This document shows, piece by piece, positions 19,744 to 30,262 of a DNA stretch of 64,000 bases. Every line of letters begins with the position of its first letter. Within the stretch, counting starts at the first letter, position 1. Origin of the DNA: Nannocystales bacterium (GTDB taxonomy: Bacteria > Myxococcota_A > Polyangia > Nannocystales > Nannocystaceae). The translations under genes were made by a program, and so were the position numbers. The notes beneath the pieces were generated by a model. It was given only the letters and a program-made list of their open reading frames with translations. It ran no database searches and was not told where the DNA came from. The stretch is from the NCBI GenBank assembly GCA_050633305.1, contig JBOEGF010000013.1, forward strand, positions 128,001 through 192,000, read 5' to 3'.

Positions 19744-20727
19744 ATGCTCGTGACGGCACTGGGCGTGGGCCTCAGCCTGCTGGCACCGAGCGTCGACGCC
19801 CCGGAGACCCGGATTCGGTACACCCTCCAGGGTGGCGAGATCCTCAGCGATCTGGCCGAACAGTACGGGACCGCCGAAGAGGACCTCCGCCGAGACAACC
19901 CTGGGAAACTCGAACGCGGCCGGATCCTGACCGTGCACGCGACCCGTCTCCCGCCACCGCGCCAGCGGCTGAAGGTCACCGCGGCCGAGCGAGAGGACTG
20001 GGAGTCGATCGCCAGCCGCTACGCGGTCGACGCGGGCGATCTGCGGGTATGGAACCCGCGAGCCGCACGACGCAAGCGGCTCCGCTCAGGCTCGACGCTG
20101 GTGATGTGGCTGCCCTCCGGAGCGATCCGCTACCCCTTGCCTGGGGATACGACCGGCTTCCCCGAGGTCACCAGAGCCCGCGGCGGCGAGTCGGTCGGAC
20201 GCCCGAACCGGGGCCGGCTCGTCGATGGCGTTCCCCTACCACCGGGTCCCTACGTCATCCGTTTCGACTGGCAGAAGTTCGGCTCGGCCCTGACGGTCTG
20301 GAACCTCGCGCGGGTGCTCCGGGCGTTCCGGCAAGAGACCGGTTTTGAGGGCGAGCTCTTCGTCGGCGCGCTGAGCCGCCGAAACGGACGCCGACTGAGG
20401 CCTCACCGCTCACACCAGAGCGGCCGGGACGTCGATGTCCGCCTGCCCGCGATGCCCCACGCGAAAGGGTTCAAGCTGGAGGCCAACGAGGTCGATTGGC
20501 ATGCGACCTGGGCACTGGTCGACGCCTTCGTTCGGACCGGCGACGTGAAGGTCATTTTCTTGGAACGCAAGCTCCGTCGCCGACTCAAGCGCGCCGGGCT
20601 CGCCCTGGGCGCCGACGACGAACGCGTCGCACACGTCATGGGCACGGTCCGCCACTCCCCGGGCCACACCGCCCACATTCACGTACGGTTCCGTTGCGCG
20701 GCGTCCGAGTCCGAGTGCCGGGACTGA
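19744..20727 (+). CDS. LysM-containing penicillin-insensitive murein endopeptidase (MepA-like)
   Basis: LysM-like YTLQGGE.L..LA..YG repeats. SVGRPNRGRL, HRSHQSGRDVD and GHTAHIHVR zinc-binding motifs. Confidence 0.87.
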   Translation: MLVTALGVGLSLLAPSVDAPETRIRYTLQGGEILSDLAEQYGTAEEDLRRDNPGKLERGRILTVHATRLPPPRQRLKVTAAEREDWESIASRYAVDAGDLRVWNPRAARRKRLRSGSTLVMWLPSGAIRYPLPGDTTGFPEVTRARGGESVGRPNRGRLVDGVPLPPGPYVIRFDWQKFGSALTVWNLARVLRAFRQETGFEGELFVGALSRRNGRRLRPHRSHQSGRDVDVRLPAMPHAKGFKLEANEVDWHATWALVDAFVRTGDVKVIFLERKLRRRLKRAGLALGADDERVAHVMGTVRHSPGHTAHIHVRFRCAASESECRD

Positions 20728-20818
20728 CCCGCCACCTCCCAAGCCTGTTGCCACCGCGGGATCGCGCTTTTTTGCGAAAATCCGACTCCGAGATGGAACC
20801 CCACCGCTGGATCTCCGA

Positions 20819-21427
20819 GTGAGACAGTCGGTGGACGTGGCCCATGCCAGAGATCCGGGGACGGATCGGGAAGAGCTCGACGGCACGACGATCGTGGCCG
20901 CCTCCCGCGGCGAACCGTGGGCGGCGAGACGACTCGTGGAATGTACCCAACGCGGCGTGTTTCGCTACGCCTGGCGAATGTTGGGGCCCCGCGCCACCCG
21001 CTCGACGACCGCCGAGCTGGTGCAAGAGGTCTACGCTCGCGTTTTTCGGGCTCTACCCCGTTACCGAACCGACGGTCCAGCCCGGTTCACGACTTGGCTT
21101 CTGACGATCGCTCACCGTACCGCCGTCGATGAGCTGCGGCGCAAGAGACCTCCGCTCACGCCCCTGAACGAGGTGGCGCCCGGGCGCTCGGGGGACCGGC
21201 CGGACCACCTTCAGGAGCGTGCCGAGCTTGGCGAACGCATCGCCGCAGAGGTTCAGAAGCTGAGCCCGGCCCTGCGCTCCGCGTTCATTCTCCGCGCCTA
21301 CCACGATCGAAGCCTTGCCGAGATCGCCGAAGCGCTCGACATCGATGAGGGCACCGTGAAGTCGCGACTTCACCGCGCGCGGCAGTCCCTCCAAGCCGCC
21401 CTCGAAGAGGTCCGCCATGAAGCCTGA
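20819..21427 (+). CDS. ECF RNA polymerase sigma factor
   Basis: ELVQEVY, FTTWLLTIA (region 2). EIAEAL..GTVKSRLHRAR (region 4). Confidence 0.92.
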   Translation: MRQSVDVAHARDPGTDREELDGTTIVAASRGEPWAARRLVECTQRGVFRYAWRMLGPRATRSTTAELVQEVYARVFRALPRYRTDGPARFTTWLLTIAHRTAVDELRRKRPPLTPLNEVAPGRSGDRPDHLQERAELGERIAAEVQKLSPALRSAFILRAYHDRSLAEIAEALDIDEGTVKSRLHRARQSLQAALEEVRHEA

Positions 21428-22013
21428 GAATCCCGACGCAACGTTGCTCGAGCGAGGGCTTGCTGCCTGGGACGTTCCCGAGCCGCCCTCCGACCTGGCC
21501 GACCGCATCTTGGCCCAAAGCACAGATGCGCAGGCCTCTCTGTCCGCGCAACCCGATCCCGCCGTCCCTCCACCCCCCGAGGAAGAAACACCCACCATGC
21601 TACCCACCACGATCCGCCACGAGAGTTCCATGCGCCCCTTCTGGACCGCGACCGCCCTCGGCTTTGCCGGGGCCGCAGCGATCGTGCTCGCCTTCATGGC
21701 GGGTCGACAGTCCCAGCCAGTCCCGGCCCCACAGGTCGTCTCGCCGGCGCTGGTCCCAAGCGTCGAGGTTCAGGTTTCCGCGCCGCCGGCCGTCACCCAA
21801 CCGCCGGTGATCCCCCTTCCCCCAGCGCCCCCGACTCCACCGGCCCCAGCTGCCGTGCCAGAGAAACTGATCATCCACGAGACCCGCACACCGGACGAGC
21901 AGCCCCCGAACCGCTCCCACGACCTCAAGAGCCCCTTTGGCGCTGACGCCAGCCGTTCGAATCCGTCGGAGGCGACCGAGCCAAACCTCAAGGACCCGTT
22001 CGCGGACCGGTAG
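21417..22013 (+). CDS. Putative anti-sigma membrane protein, Pro-rich
   Basis: Overlaps the sigma gene. N-terminal AWDVPEPPSDLADRIL, single TM segment, Pro-rich tail. Confidence 0.65.
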   Translation: MKPENPDATLLERGLAAWDVPEPPSDLADRILAQSTDAQASLSAQPDPAVPPPPEEETPTMLPTTIRHESSMRPFWTATALGFAGAAAIVLAFMAGRQSQPVPAPQVVSPALVPSVEVQVSAPPAVTQPPVIPLPPAPPTPPAPAAVPEKLIIHETRTPDEQPPNRSHDLKSPFGADASRSNPSEATEPNLKDPFADR

Positions 22014-22170
22014 GCGATCCTTCCAGATCGCAGCGGGGTCACGCCGGGCGAGGGTCTCGGTGGACGGCAACCTCGGCCGGCTCACGCCGATCGCCGCACC
22101 CATGACCGATACGGCGCGTCGCCAAGGCTGGATCGTGGCCGCCCCGGGCCTTCGGTGCTACCACTGCGGC

Positions 22171-23367
22171 GTGGGTGCAGCGCTCCCGACACGAGCGGTG
22201 AACCTGCAGCAGGCCCGCGCGCAACATGGCGATCTCGTCGACCGCTTTCTCCCAGCCCTGATGCGCTCGGACCCGCTCGCCGACGATGTCGCCCACGACT
22301 TCGCGACGCTGGGTCGAACACAGAGTCGCCAACTGCTCGATGTTGTCCTCCGCGACGGGATTGGAGCCGCTCCCGACGCCCCCTCGTCTCTCCGCGCCCT
22401 GTTCTCTCAGCTCGACCACGTCCCGGTCTGGGTCGACTGGCCCGCCATCGGCCGGGGCAGCGACGTCTTGTTTCGCACCGGACTCTTCGGCGGCACCGTC
22501 TTGGGCGCCAAGTCTCTGGTCACCGGCTACTGCTCTCCAGGTGGCAACAAGCCGCTGGTGTTCAGCGGCCAACTCGAGCACCGCAAGCGCATCGGCTATC
22601 GACTCGCGGAGACCTGCCGGTTTGTCGCCGACGTCTGTGAGCGCGGCGGTATGCGGCGGTTCGGTCCGGGCTTTGCCACGACGGTCCGGGTTCGCATCAT
22701 GCATGCAACCGTCCGCCGTCTCATCGCCGAGTCCGGAAAGTACGACGAACAAGCATGGGGCGTGGCGATCAACCAACACGACATGGTCGGCACCACCATG
22801 CTGTTCTCGCTGGCGTTCCTCGAGGGCGTGCGCGCTTTCGGCTTCCGATTCACAGCACAAGAGGTCGACGATTTTCTACACCTGTGGCGCTACAACGGCT
22901 GGCTCATCGGGGTCGAACCGGAGCTGCTCCCCACGAATGAGGCTGCGGCCGCTCGCATCTCCGACCTCATCGCAATGACGCAGGGGCAGCCAGACGACGA
23001 CGCTCGCATGTTGGTGCGCTCCTTCATCGAGTCTCCCAGCTATGCCGCCGCCGAGGACAACCCCAAAGCCCAAGCGCTCGCGCGTCGCCACGTGGCGCTC
23101 GGGTTCGGGTTCACCCGTTCGTTGCTCGGCGACGAGATGGCCGATGCACTCGAGCTCCCCCGCACCGCGACCAGGCTGGTCCTGCCCGGTATCCGCAAGG
23201 TCCTCTCTCGGGTCGATCGTGTGGGGCGCCACCTACCTGGCTACGATCGACAGCTGGCTCGAGCCGGCCGGCGCTACTGGCAGCAGACGATCGAGCTCGG
23301 CCTCGCTGGGAGGCTGGCGCAGTTCATGCCCCCGGCCCAACTGGACGGCTTGCGCGTCCCGGGGTAG
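22171..23367 (+). CDS. Oxygenase MpaB/DUF2236 (rubber-oxygenase-like) family protein
   Basis: DPLAD, VPVWVDW..I.RG, RLAET, VRIMHATVR, WGVAINQHDM..T and HLWRY.GWLIGV motifs. Start uncertain. Confidence 0.87.
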   Translation: MGAALPTRAVNLQQARAQHGDLVDRFLPALMRSDPLADDVAHDFATLGRTQSRQLLDVVLRDGIGAAPDAPSSLRALFSQLDHVPVWVDWPAIGRGSDVLFRTGLFGGTVLGAKSLVTGYCSPGGNKPLVFSGQLEHRKRIGYRLAETCRFVADVCERGGMRRFGPGFATTVRVRIMHATVRRLIAESGKYDEQAWGVAINQHDMVGTTMLFSLAFLEGVRAFGFRFTAQEVDDFLHLWRYNGWLIGVEPELLPTNEAAAARISDLIAMTQGQPDDDARMLVRSFIESPSYAAAEDNPKAQALARRHVALGFGFTRSLLGDEMADALELPRTATRLVLPGIRKVLSRVDRVGRHLPGYDRQLARAGRRYWQQTIELGLAGRLAQFMPPAQLDGLRVPG

Positions 23368-23409
23368 CCGGCTCAAAACGGGCTCTCAAGCAGCGGCTTG
23401 CTGGGGTCG

Positions 23410-24312
23410 ATGTCCCGCACGATGGTGGCATCGCAGCGATCGACGGCGCGGACACGCGCGCGCCAGGCTCGGCCCCCGCGCCGAAGCCCGGAAGAGGAGC
23501 TGGAGCTCCTCAGCCGAGAGCTCACGCTCGAGTTCCGGGGCAAGCACGTGCTCAAGGCGCGTGCCGTCGCCGACCTCGTCGAAGAATGCATCGCCATTCC
23601 AGGTCTCGGCGATGCCTCTGAACGGCTGGTCGACTTCTTCGCCGACACCGACAACGGAAACTGGGTCGAGGGCTCGGCGCTGTTTCGCCTCGGGCGTGCC
23701 GACCACCTCAACCGGCTGAAACGAAACTGGCGAGAGTTTGAAACCCGTCGAAGCACGATCCGGCAGTACCTGCGGCACTCCACGTCCCCAAAGCTGTCCG
23801 ACGGTTGCCTGCAGTTCAAGATCCCACAAGAGCGGCTCGAGTCGACGAAGGCGTTCATCTCCGCGTACCGACACCTCATCGGAGGTCTCGACCGGCTCTG
23901 CCGTCTGGTCCTCAACGAGGGCTTCCGTATCGCCGGCTTCTCCGACCGCTCGACCATCCTCGTGGTCGAAGCCGAATCACCCGCGGTGTTCGACCTGGCC
24001 TCTCAGCTCCTGACCCACTACGACTGGTACGAGGAGCAGGCCGCCGAGGTCAAGAGCCTCGAGGAGCGAGCGAGCATCTCCGACGAATACGCCAAGGCCG
24101 CCAAGAGCCTGGCTGCCGCCCAGCTCAGACACCTCAATGTGTTGGTCGAGGACACGGTCCGCGAGAGCATGACCGCCCCCCCCGACGACGAACGCTTCGA
24201 GAAGGCGACAGACCTGGCGCGTGAGTACATCGGGCTCCTGGGCGCCTACGTTCAAGAAGGCGCGAAGGTCACCCGCCCGAGCGCGGACCGAGCTGCCAAG
24301 CGGGCCGCGTAG
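23410..24312 (+). CDS. Hypothetical protein (helical, ends in -AA)
   Basis: ~300-aa ORF with strong GC3 codon bias. No family recognised. Confidence 0.7.
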   Translation: MSRTMVASQRSTARTRARQARPPRRSPEEELELLSRELTLEFRGKHVLKARAVADLVEECIAIPGLGDASERLVDFFADTDNGNWVEGSALFRLGRADHLNRLKRNWREFETRRSTIRQYLRHSTSPKLSDGCLQFKIPQERLESTKAFISAYRHLIGGLDRLCRLVLNEGFRIAGFSDRSTILVVEAESPAVFDLASQLLTHYDWYEEQAAEVKSLEERASISDEYAKAAKSLAAAQLRHLNVLVEDTVRESMTAPPDDERFEKATDLAREYIGLLGAYVQEGAKVTRPSADRAAKRAA

Positions 24313-24422
24313 AGCACTCCGAGCTCGCACCCCGGTACGTGAATCGTCGGTCGGTCGAGACCTGGTGGTTCCCCAAACCCGCCAAGCCGCCGCGGGCTGG
24401 AACTCGACGACAGCGACCGGGC

Positions 24423-24812
24423 TTAGGCCTGGAGCTCGAGAAAGTGAACGTAGGCGACCACAGCCGCATCGAGGTCCGGCCGGGCGAGTTGACCGTCTTG
24501 AGCCACGATGGCGATCTGGTGGCGGCGATGCGTGGCTTGGAACTTCAGCGCATCCTCGAGCTGGACCGTGGTCACGTAGCCGACTCGAAGCGCCAGCTCG
24601 CCAAACCTCACCCCGGGCAGATCGGCCTGCAACTCCAGCAGGGTCATGACCTGCCGGACCGAGAGCACGCCACGCATCACCAGCAACTGACCGATCGGTG
24701 TTCGCTCGGAAGCGGCCCTGGCTCGCACGTCCTCGGCATCGGACGGCTCCATGAGCCCCCGATCAACGAGGAACGTGCAAAAGTCGGGTGTTTTTCCAAG
24801 CTTCTCGTTCAT
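24423..24812 (-). CDS. Stand-alone MshEN-like repeat protein (candidate c-di-GMP binder)
   Basis: PIGQLLVMRGVLS...LELQ and RFGELALRVGYVT..QLEDALKFQ fit RLGxxLxxxGxxxxxxLxxxLxxQ. Last gene of the che operon. Confidence 0.7.
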   Translation of the reverse strand: MNEKLGKTPDFCTFLVDRGLMEPSDAEDVRARAASERTPIGQLLVMRGVLSVRQVMTLLELQADLPGVRFGELALRVGYVTTVQLEDALKFQATHRRHQIAIVAQDGQLARPDLDAAVVAYVHFLELQA

Positions 24813-24829
24813 CGGGAGTCCTTCCACGC

Positions 24830-25285
24830 TTAAACGTCATTATCACCGTCACCTGGAGAAAGCATCACGAAGAAGGGCTTCCCATCCACCCGAAACGAAT
24901 ATCGGGTGGCCCCAACCGGGACACTCGTCGGCCCGTCCGCCACCGACTCCGGCCTGGGAAGTCCGAGGGTGCAGGGCGGGGGGAGCACGGACTTAACCGA
25001 CCCCGCGACCTGATTAGAGAGCTCCCCGACGGCATCGAGTACATCTGCGTCCGAGACAGCCTTCTCTTCGACGTCAAACATCCGAGCCGCGGCGACACTG
25101 GCGAGAGATCGCGGGAGTTCAATCGCGATCTCTCCCGTCCAAGCACCCGAGATCCCTACAACACTGCGGACATCGGGCTGCGATTCCGTCTCCTCGGCCG
25201 GCACGCACTCCAGCTCGAGCGTCATCAAGAACACCCCTCGCATGATCTCCGCGAGGGACGACTCTCCGATTGATTCCTGCTCCAT
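24830..25285 (-). CDS. cheX: Chemotaxis phosphatase CheX
   Basis: VGISGAWTG, DAVGELSNQVAG (ExxN), LGLP. Confidence 0.87.
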   Translation of the reverse strand: MEQESIGESSLAEIMRGVFLMTLELECVPAEETESQPDVRSVVGISGAWTGEIAIELPRSLASVAAARMFDVEEKAVSDADVLDAVGELSNQVAGSVKSVLPPPCTLGLPRPESVADGPTSVPVGATRYSFRVDGKPFFVMLSPGDGDNDV

Positions 25286-25286
25286 C

Positions 25287-26105
25287 CTACGCCGCTCTTC
25301 GGTAGAAGACGCCCCGACCATCCCGGACGCTCTCGTAGTTCTGGTCGAGGTTCACGGTCGTTTCTGCTCCTCCGAGGAACAACGCTCCGTCGGTGTTCAG
25401 CAGCTTTCGCGCTCGGCCAAGGATGGAAGATTTCATCTCCACGTCGAAGTAGATCAGGACGTTGCGCATGAAGATGATGTCGAACTCCTCTGTGAACGGC
25501 CAGCTCTCCGCGAGGTTGAGCGTACGGAAGGTGACGAGTTTTCTGAGGCGCTCCTGAACGACCCAGTCCATGCCCGAACGCTCGAAGTACTTCAGCAAGA
25601 ACGGGGCCGGAAGGCCTCGGTTGACCTCGTGTTGCTTGTACCGCCCAGCCCGGCACTTCTTGAGGACCGTCTCGTTGATGTCTGTCGCCACGAAGTCGAT
25701 GTCCCACTGAGACGGGTCGGGCAGCGTCTCGAAGATCGACATCAGCACGCTGTACGGCTCCTGCCCCGTCGACGCAGCCCCACACCAGATCCGAATCCGG
25801 CGGCTGGACGTGCGGCGCTCGATGAGTCCAGGCAGAACTCGGTTCTTTAGGATCTCGAACGGATGCTGGTCCCGGAAGAAGTAGGTCTCGTTGGTGGTGA
25901 GCGCCTCGACAACCTCGCTCTCGAGGCTCCGGTCGCGCCGTGTCTGAAGGAGCTTCACCACCCCATCTACGCCGGCCACACCTCGCTTTCGAGCGATGGG
26001 AAGCAACCGGGATTCGACCAAATAGTCCTTGTCGGACCCGATCACGATCGCCGATTGATCGTAGATGAACTTGCGAACGAAACTGAGTGAAAGTGGATTT
26101 GTCAT
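25287..26105 (-). CDS. cheR: Chemotaxis methyltransferase CheR
   Basis: KDYLVESRL, TTNETYFFRD, IWCGAASTGQEPYS, MRNVLIYF, LFLGGAET. ATGA overlap with cheB. Confidence 0.95.
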   Translation of the reverse strand: MTNPLSLSFVRKFIYDQSAIVIGSDKDYLVESRLLPIARKRGVAGVDGVVKLLQTRRDRSLESEVVEALTTNETYFFRDQHPFEILKNRVLPGLIERRTSSRRIRIWCGAASTGQEPYSVLMSIFETLPDPSQWDIDFVATDINETVLKKCRAGRYKQHEVNRGLPAPFLLKYFERSGMDWVVQERLRKLVTFRTLNLAESWPFTEEFDIIFMRNVLIYFDVEMKSSILGRARKLLNTDGALFLGGAETTVNLDQNYESVRDGRGVFYRRAA

Positions 26106-27181
26106 CGCATCCCCGCAGTCGCCGCTGGCGCACGGTGTGAGGTTGAACGGTCGAACTCCCGACCAATGTCCTCGAGTGTCATTGTCTTGTGAGCCGCGCC
26201 GGCCGAGATGACCCCGTTGGGCATGCTCGGGACCACGCACGACGACGGTTCCTGCACCACGACGGTGCCTCCGGCCTCAACAAGAACACCGGCTCCCTTC
26301 GCGCCATCGTGTCCCATTCCGGTCAGGACCGCAGCGAGTACGTTCCCTCCGTATACGCTCGCCAGTCCACGGAACAACACGTCCACGGCGGGGCGACAGA
26401 AGTTTTCGGGTGGTTCGTCGTTGAGCACGATGCGAATGTCGACGCCTCTTCTGGCGACGGTCATGTGCTGTCCTCCGGGCGCCAGGTAGCAGACCCCAGC
26501 CACGACCTTCTCCCCGTCCTCGCCTTCCTTTACGAGCTGGCCCGACTGCGCTGAGAGACGCTCGGCAAGCAATGTCGTGAAGACCGGGGGCATGTGCTGA
26601 ACGATGAACATCGGAGCCCCGAGCGGCCGGTAGAGCGAATGAAACACCTGAGCCAGGGCGTTGGGCCCCCCGGTTGAACACCCGATTGCCACCGCCCGAA
26701 CGGGCTTCGCCGCGTCGGCTTTCGGCGCCGGACGCAGGACCCGAACCGTGGCCGGAGCTTCGACCTCGGGCTCGGGAGTCACCAGACCGCGAACAGTGTC
26801 CAACAGGTCGGCCACGAACTGATCCTTCGGGTACGTCGCGTGCGGCTTCGAGATGTAGTCCGAGGCTCCCTCAGACAGCGCACGCACGGTGATCTCCGCT
26901 CCCCGAGCGGTCAGCGAGCTGCACATCAGGACGGGGAGCTGCGACCAATCCCTGTTCTTCCGGATCCGACGAAGTGCCTCGATTCCGTCCACCCGGGGCA
27001 TCTCGACGTCGAGCACCACGAGGTCGATATCCTTGTGGTGCTTCTCCAAATACCCCAGGCCCAGCTCCGCAGTCGGTGCAGCGTACGCCACCTCGAGCGA
27101 TGGATCGCTGGTGAGGGCCTGAGTCAACATGGCTCGGGCAACCGCGGAGTCGTCCACGAGCATGACGCGGTACTTCGTCAT
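26102..27181 (-). CDS. cheB: Chemotaxis methylesterase CheB (REC + methylesterase)
   Basis: REC domain (VDDS, LDVEMP, KP). GCSTGGP, VQHMP, RPAVDV and LTGMGHDG give an intact catalytic triad. Confidence 0.96.
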   Translation of the reverse strand: MTKYRVMLVDDSAVARAMLTQALTSDPSLEVAYAAPTAELGLGYLEKHHKDIDLVVLDVEMPRVDGIEALRRIRKNRDWSQLPVLMCSSLTARGAEITVRALSEGASDYISKPHATYPKDQFVADLLDTVRGLVTPEPEVEAPATVRVLRPAPKADAAKPVRAVAIGCSTGGPNALAQVFHSLYRPLGAPMFIVQHMPPVFTTLLAERLSAQSGQLVKEGEDGEKVVAGVCYLAPGGQHMTVARRGVDIRIVLNDEPPENFCRPAVDVLFRGLASVYGGNVLAAVLTGMGHDGAKGAGVLVEAGGTVVVQEPSSCVVPSMPNGVISAGAAHKTMTLEDIGREFDRSTSHRAPAATAGMR

Positions 27182-27558
27182 GCCGCCTCCACGCCGAGGA
27201 GGTCGAGCTTGGCAACAAGCGCGGCGGGACTGAAGGGCTTCATCAGGTACTCGTTGGCCCCCGCGGCGAGTGCTCGCACCATCTGCCGCACCTCGGTTTC
27301 GGTCGTGACCATCAGGACCGGTAGACGGGCTCGGTCGGGGTGCAACGCGTCCCTGCGGAGCGTGCGGACGAGGTCCAACCCGTTCATGACGGGCATGTTC
27401 CAGTCCACCAGAAGCAACCCGATCTCTGGTTCTTCATCGAGGCGTTCCAGGGCCTCCTGCCCATGGCCCGCCTCAAACACCACGAACCCTTTGGTTTCCA
27501 GCGTTCTGCGGATGATGGAACGAATCGCACGCGAGTCGTCGACAATGAGAGCTTTCAC
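27178..27558 (-). CDS. cheY: Response regulator CheY (copy 1)
   Basis: Single REC domain: VDDS, VDWNMP, MVTTE, MKPF. Confidence 0.92.
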   Translation of the reverse strand: MKALIVDDSRAIRSIIRRTLETKGFVVFEAGHGQEALERLDEEPEIGLLLVDWNMPVMNGLDLVRTLRRDALHPDRARLPVLMVTTETEVRQMVRALAAGANEYLMKPFSPAALVAKLDLLGVEAA

Positions 27559-27602
27559 GGTAGCCTTCCTTGCTCAAGCGGTTGTGAGACATTGGGTCCG
27601 AC

Positions 27603-29744
27603 TCAGTAGGTGAAGTTGCTGACCAGCGTACGAAGGTCGGCAGCCATCGCCGCGACTTCGGTCGAAGCGCTCTCTGCGTTCCCCGACCCCTCGGAGGTGG
27701 TATGTGCCGCATCTGCAACACTCGTGATGTTCTGAGAGATCTCTGAGCTCCCCCTGGCCGCATCCGCGACGTTCCGGGTAATCTCGTTCGTCGTTGCAGT
27801 CTGCTCTTCAACCGCGCCAGCGATCGCTGTCTGCAGGTCGTTGATCTGGTTGATGATGTCGGAGATCTCGCCGATGGCGGTCACCGCAGAGCCCGTGTCC
27901 CCTTGGATGGCCTCGATTCGCTGTCCGATGTCTTCGGTGGCCTTCGCGGTCTCCTTCGCCAGCTCCTTGACCTCGTTTGCGACCACCGCAAACCCCTTGC
28001 CGGCCTCGCCGGCTCGAGCCGCCTCAATCGTCGCGTTGAGCGCCAGCAGGTTGGTTTGCTGGGCAATCGAGGTGATGACCTTGATGACCTTGCCGATGTC
28101 CGCACTGCTCTCGCCCAGCTTGGTCACCACAGCGTTGGTGGTGTCAGCGACATCCACCGCGGACATTGCAACACGTGCCGCGTCGGCGGCGTTCTTCGCG
28201 ATTTCGCGAATACTCGCCGACATCTCCTCGGCGGCGGCAGCAACCGTCTGAACGTTGTGGTTGACCTGCTCGGTGGTCGTCGAGGCGACCTTGGCCTCAG
28301 ACGTGGTCTGCATCGCACTGCGTGTCATCGACTTCGCCACGACCGAGAGTTCCTCCGAGGCGCTGCCCAATCCCGTCGCGTTCTCGGCGATCTTCGTGAC
28401 GCTCTCGCGCATCGTCTCGATCAGCTGGTTGCAGCCGTCTCCGACCCGACCGATGGGGTCCTCACCACTCACGGCGACCGTCTGCGTAAGGTCCCCTGCC
28501 GCGGCGAGACGCACAGTCTCGAGAATCTGCTCCACCTTGGCCTCGAGTTCCTGAGCGGAACGGACTCGCTCGGTGATGTCGGAGCATAGCTTGACGACAC
28601 GTTGGGTTTTGCCATCCGGGCCCACGATGGGGTTGTAGGTGCCCTGGATCCAGATGTCGTTGCCGGACTTGTCGACCCGTCGGAACTCCCCGGACATCGG
28701 CAGCCCCGCCCGGAGGTCATTCCAGTGCTTGATGTACTCGGGCGACGAGCGCTCGTTCGGATCGACAAACAGCGAGTGGTGCTGGCCGATGACCTCTGCC
28801 GCGGTGTAGCCGAGAGTTGTGAGCAGGTTGTCGTTGGCCTCGATCACCGTGCCGTCTGGCTTGAACGAGATCATCGCAACGGCTCGGTCGACCGACTCGA
28901 GGTCCCCCCGGATCTTCTCGTCCGAAACCTCTCGCTCACGGGCCTCCGTGACGTCCTCCCACTCCACTGTGTTCCCGAGGTAGCGGCCCCGTGGGTCGAG
29001 GTTGATGTCCGCAGAGATTCGGAACTGACGAGCACCGATGCGGATCTCCGTGGAGTACGGCATCTTGCTCGAGTCCCTGAAAATGGCGCGCTGACCAGCA
29101 GCGTCCGTGTGCAGGCTGTCCAGACAGGAACCGACCAGGTTCCGGGCTTCGAAACTCGGAGAGATGGAGCGGAGCTCAGACTCTGCGCCCGCGAACAAGC
29201 GCGTGGCCGCGTCGTTCGCGAACGTAATCGTCAGGTCCGCGTCGACCATCAAGACCGCCGCCGACGCATTGCTCAGCGCTTGGTCGGTTCGGTCCAACCG
29301 CTCCGCGGCTTCTTGCTCTGCGGTCGCGTCCTCAGCGATCGACAGGACCCGGCTCAGCGTTCCGCTCGCGTCCAAGATCGGAGTGTGGGCTGCCTTCACC
29401 CAGACCCCCGGACCGTCGGTCTGCGCGACGAGGAACGTGCTGGTCTGGCTGATGCCACGGCGGAGGTCCTCCCAAGTCCGCGCATACTCCACCGACGACG
29501 CGTATTGCGGCTCCACCAACGTCCGCAAGTTCCGTCCCACGATGCCCTCGACGGTGTGCCCGGTGATGCGAAGAAAGTTCGAGTTTACGGCAACAATGGT
29601 CCCGTCCGGCTCGAGTTCAGCGACCGCCTGAACGCGCTCGAGCGCGGCGATCTTGTCCGACGCCCCACGGTCGGCCTCGACCGACGAGTCGTTGGCTGCA
29701 GGGGTGGGTTGCGGAGACGTGTTTCGGGCGTTGCGGGCGGACAT
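27603..29744 (-). CDS. Soluble methyl-accepting chemotaxis protein with three PAS domains
   Basis: No TM segment. Three PAS domains, the middle one Aer2-like. [34 protein letters not shown] signalling tip. Confidence 0.95.
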   Translation of the reverse strand: MSARNARNTSPQPTPAANDSSVEADRGASDKIAALERVQAVAELEPDGTIVAVNSNFLRITGHTVEGIVGRNLRTLVEPQYASSVEYARTWEDLRRGISQTSTFLVAQTDGPGVWVKAAHTPILDASGTLSRVLSIAEDATAEQEAAERLDRTDQALSNASAAVLMVDADLTITFANDAATRLFAGAESELRSISPSFEARNLVGSCLDSLHTDAAGQRAIFRDSSKMPYSTEIRIGARQFRISADINLDPRGRYLGNTVEWEDVTEAREREVSDEKIRGDLESVDRAVAMISFKPDGTVIEANDNLLTTLGYTAAEVIGQHHSLFVDPNERSSPEYIKHWNDLRAGLPMSGEFRRVDKSGNDIWIQGTYNPIVGPDGKTQRVVKLCSDITERVRSAQELEAKVEQILETVRLAAAGDLTQTVAVSGEDPIGRVGDGCNQLIETMRESVTKIAENATGLGSASEELSVVAKSMTRSAMQTTSEAKVASTTTEQVNHNVQTVAAAAEEMSASIREIAKNAADAARVAMSAVDVADTTNAVVTKLGESSADIGKVIKVITSIAQQTNLLALNATIEAARAGEAGKGFAVVANEVKELAKETAKATEDIGQRIEAIQGDTGSAVTAIGEISDIINQINDLQTAIAGAVEEQTATTNEITRNVADAARGSSEISQNITSVADAAHTTSEGSGNAESASTEVAAMAADLRTLVSNFTY

Positions 29745-29800
29745 TGTTTCTTCTTCGGTTCGGGTCTGGAAATCTTTGTTGGCGGTGGCGGGCGAGCTGC

Positions 29801-30262
29801 TCAGGCGGCAGAAGGCACGGATACGATCGTCGCGACCGCATTCGGGTCGAGGACGAGCAGGATGTCTTGCTTGAGCTTGTAAACGGACTCCACGAGCTCG
29901 GCGACGATCGGCGAAAGATTCGGAGGCACTTGGCCGCGTAGCGACTGTTCGACGTGAAGCACGTCTCCGATTTCGTCCACCAACAGGCTCACCGCGCCTT
30001 CCTCACTGTGAACAACAACATTCATCGAGCCGTCTTCGCTCTCCAGCGGTGGGAAACGCAGGCGAGCCCGCATGTCCACGGCGGTGACGATTCGCCCGCG
30101 CAGGTTGATCAGCCCCCGGACCACCGGGGGCGCCATGGGGACCAGTGTCATTCGTTGCGCTCGGATGACCTCGTGGACATTCTGAACGTCGACGCCGAAG
30201 GTCAAATCACCGACGGTGAAGGTGCAGACTTGTCTGCCAGGTCCGGTTTTTACGGCGCTCAT
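29801..30262 (-). CDS. cheW: Chemotaxis coupling protein CheW
   Basis: [29 protein letters not shown]. Confidence 0.95.
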   Translation of the reverse strand: MSAVKTGPGRQVCTFTVGDLTFGVDVQNVHEVIRAQRMTLVPMAPPVVRGLINLRGRIVTAVDMRARLRFPPLESEDGSMNVVVHSEEGAVSLLVDEIGDVLHVEQSLRGQVPPNLSPIVAELVESVYKLKQDILLVLDPNAVATIVSVPSAA

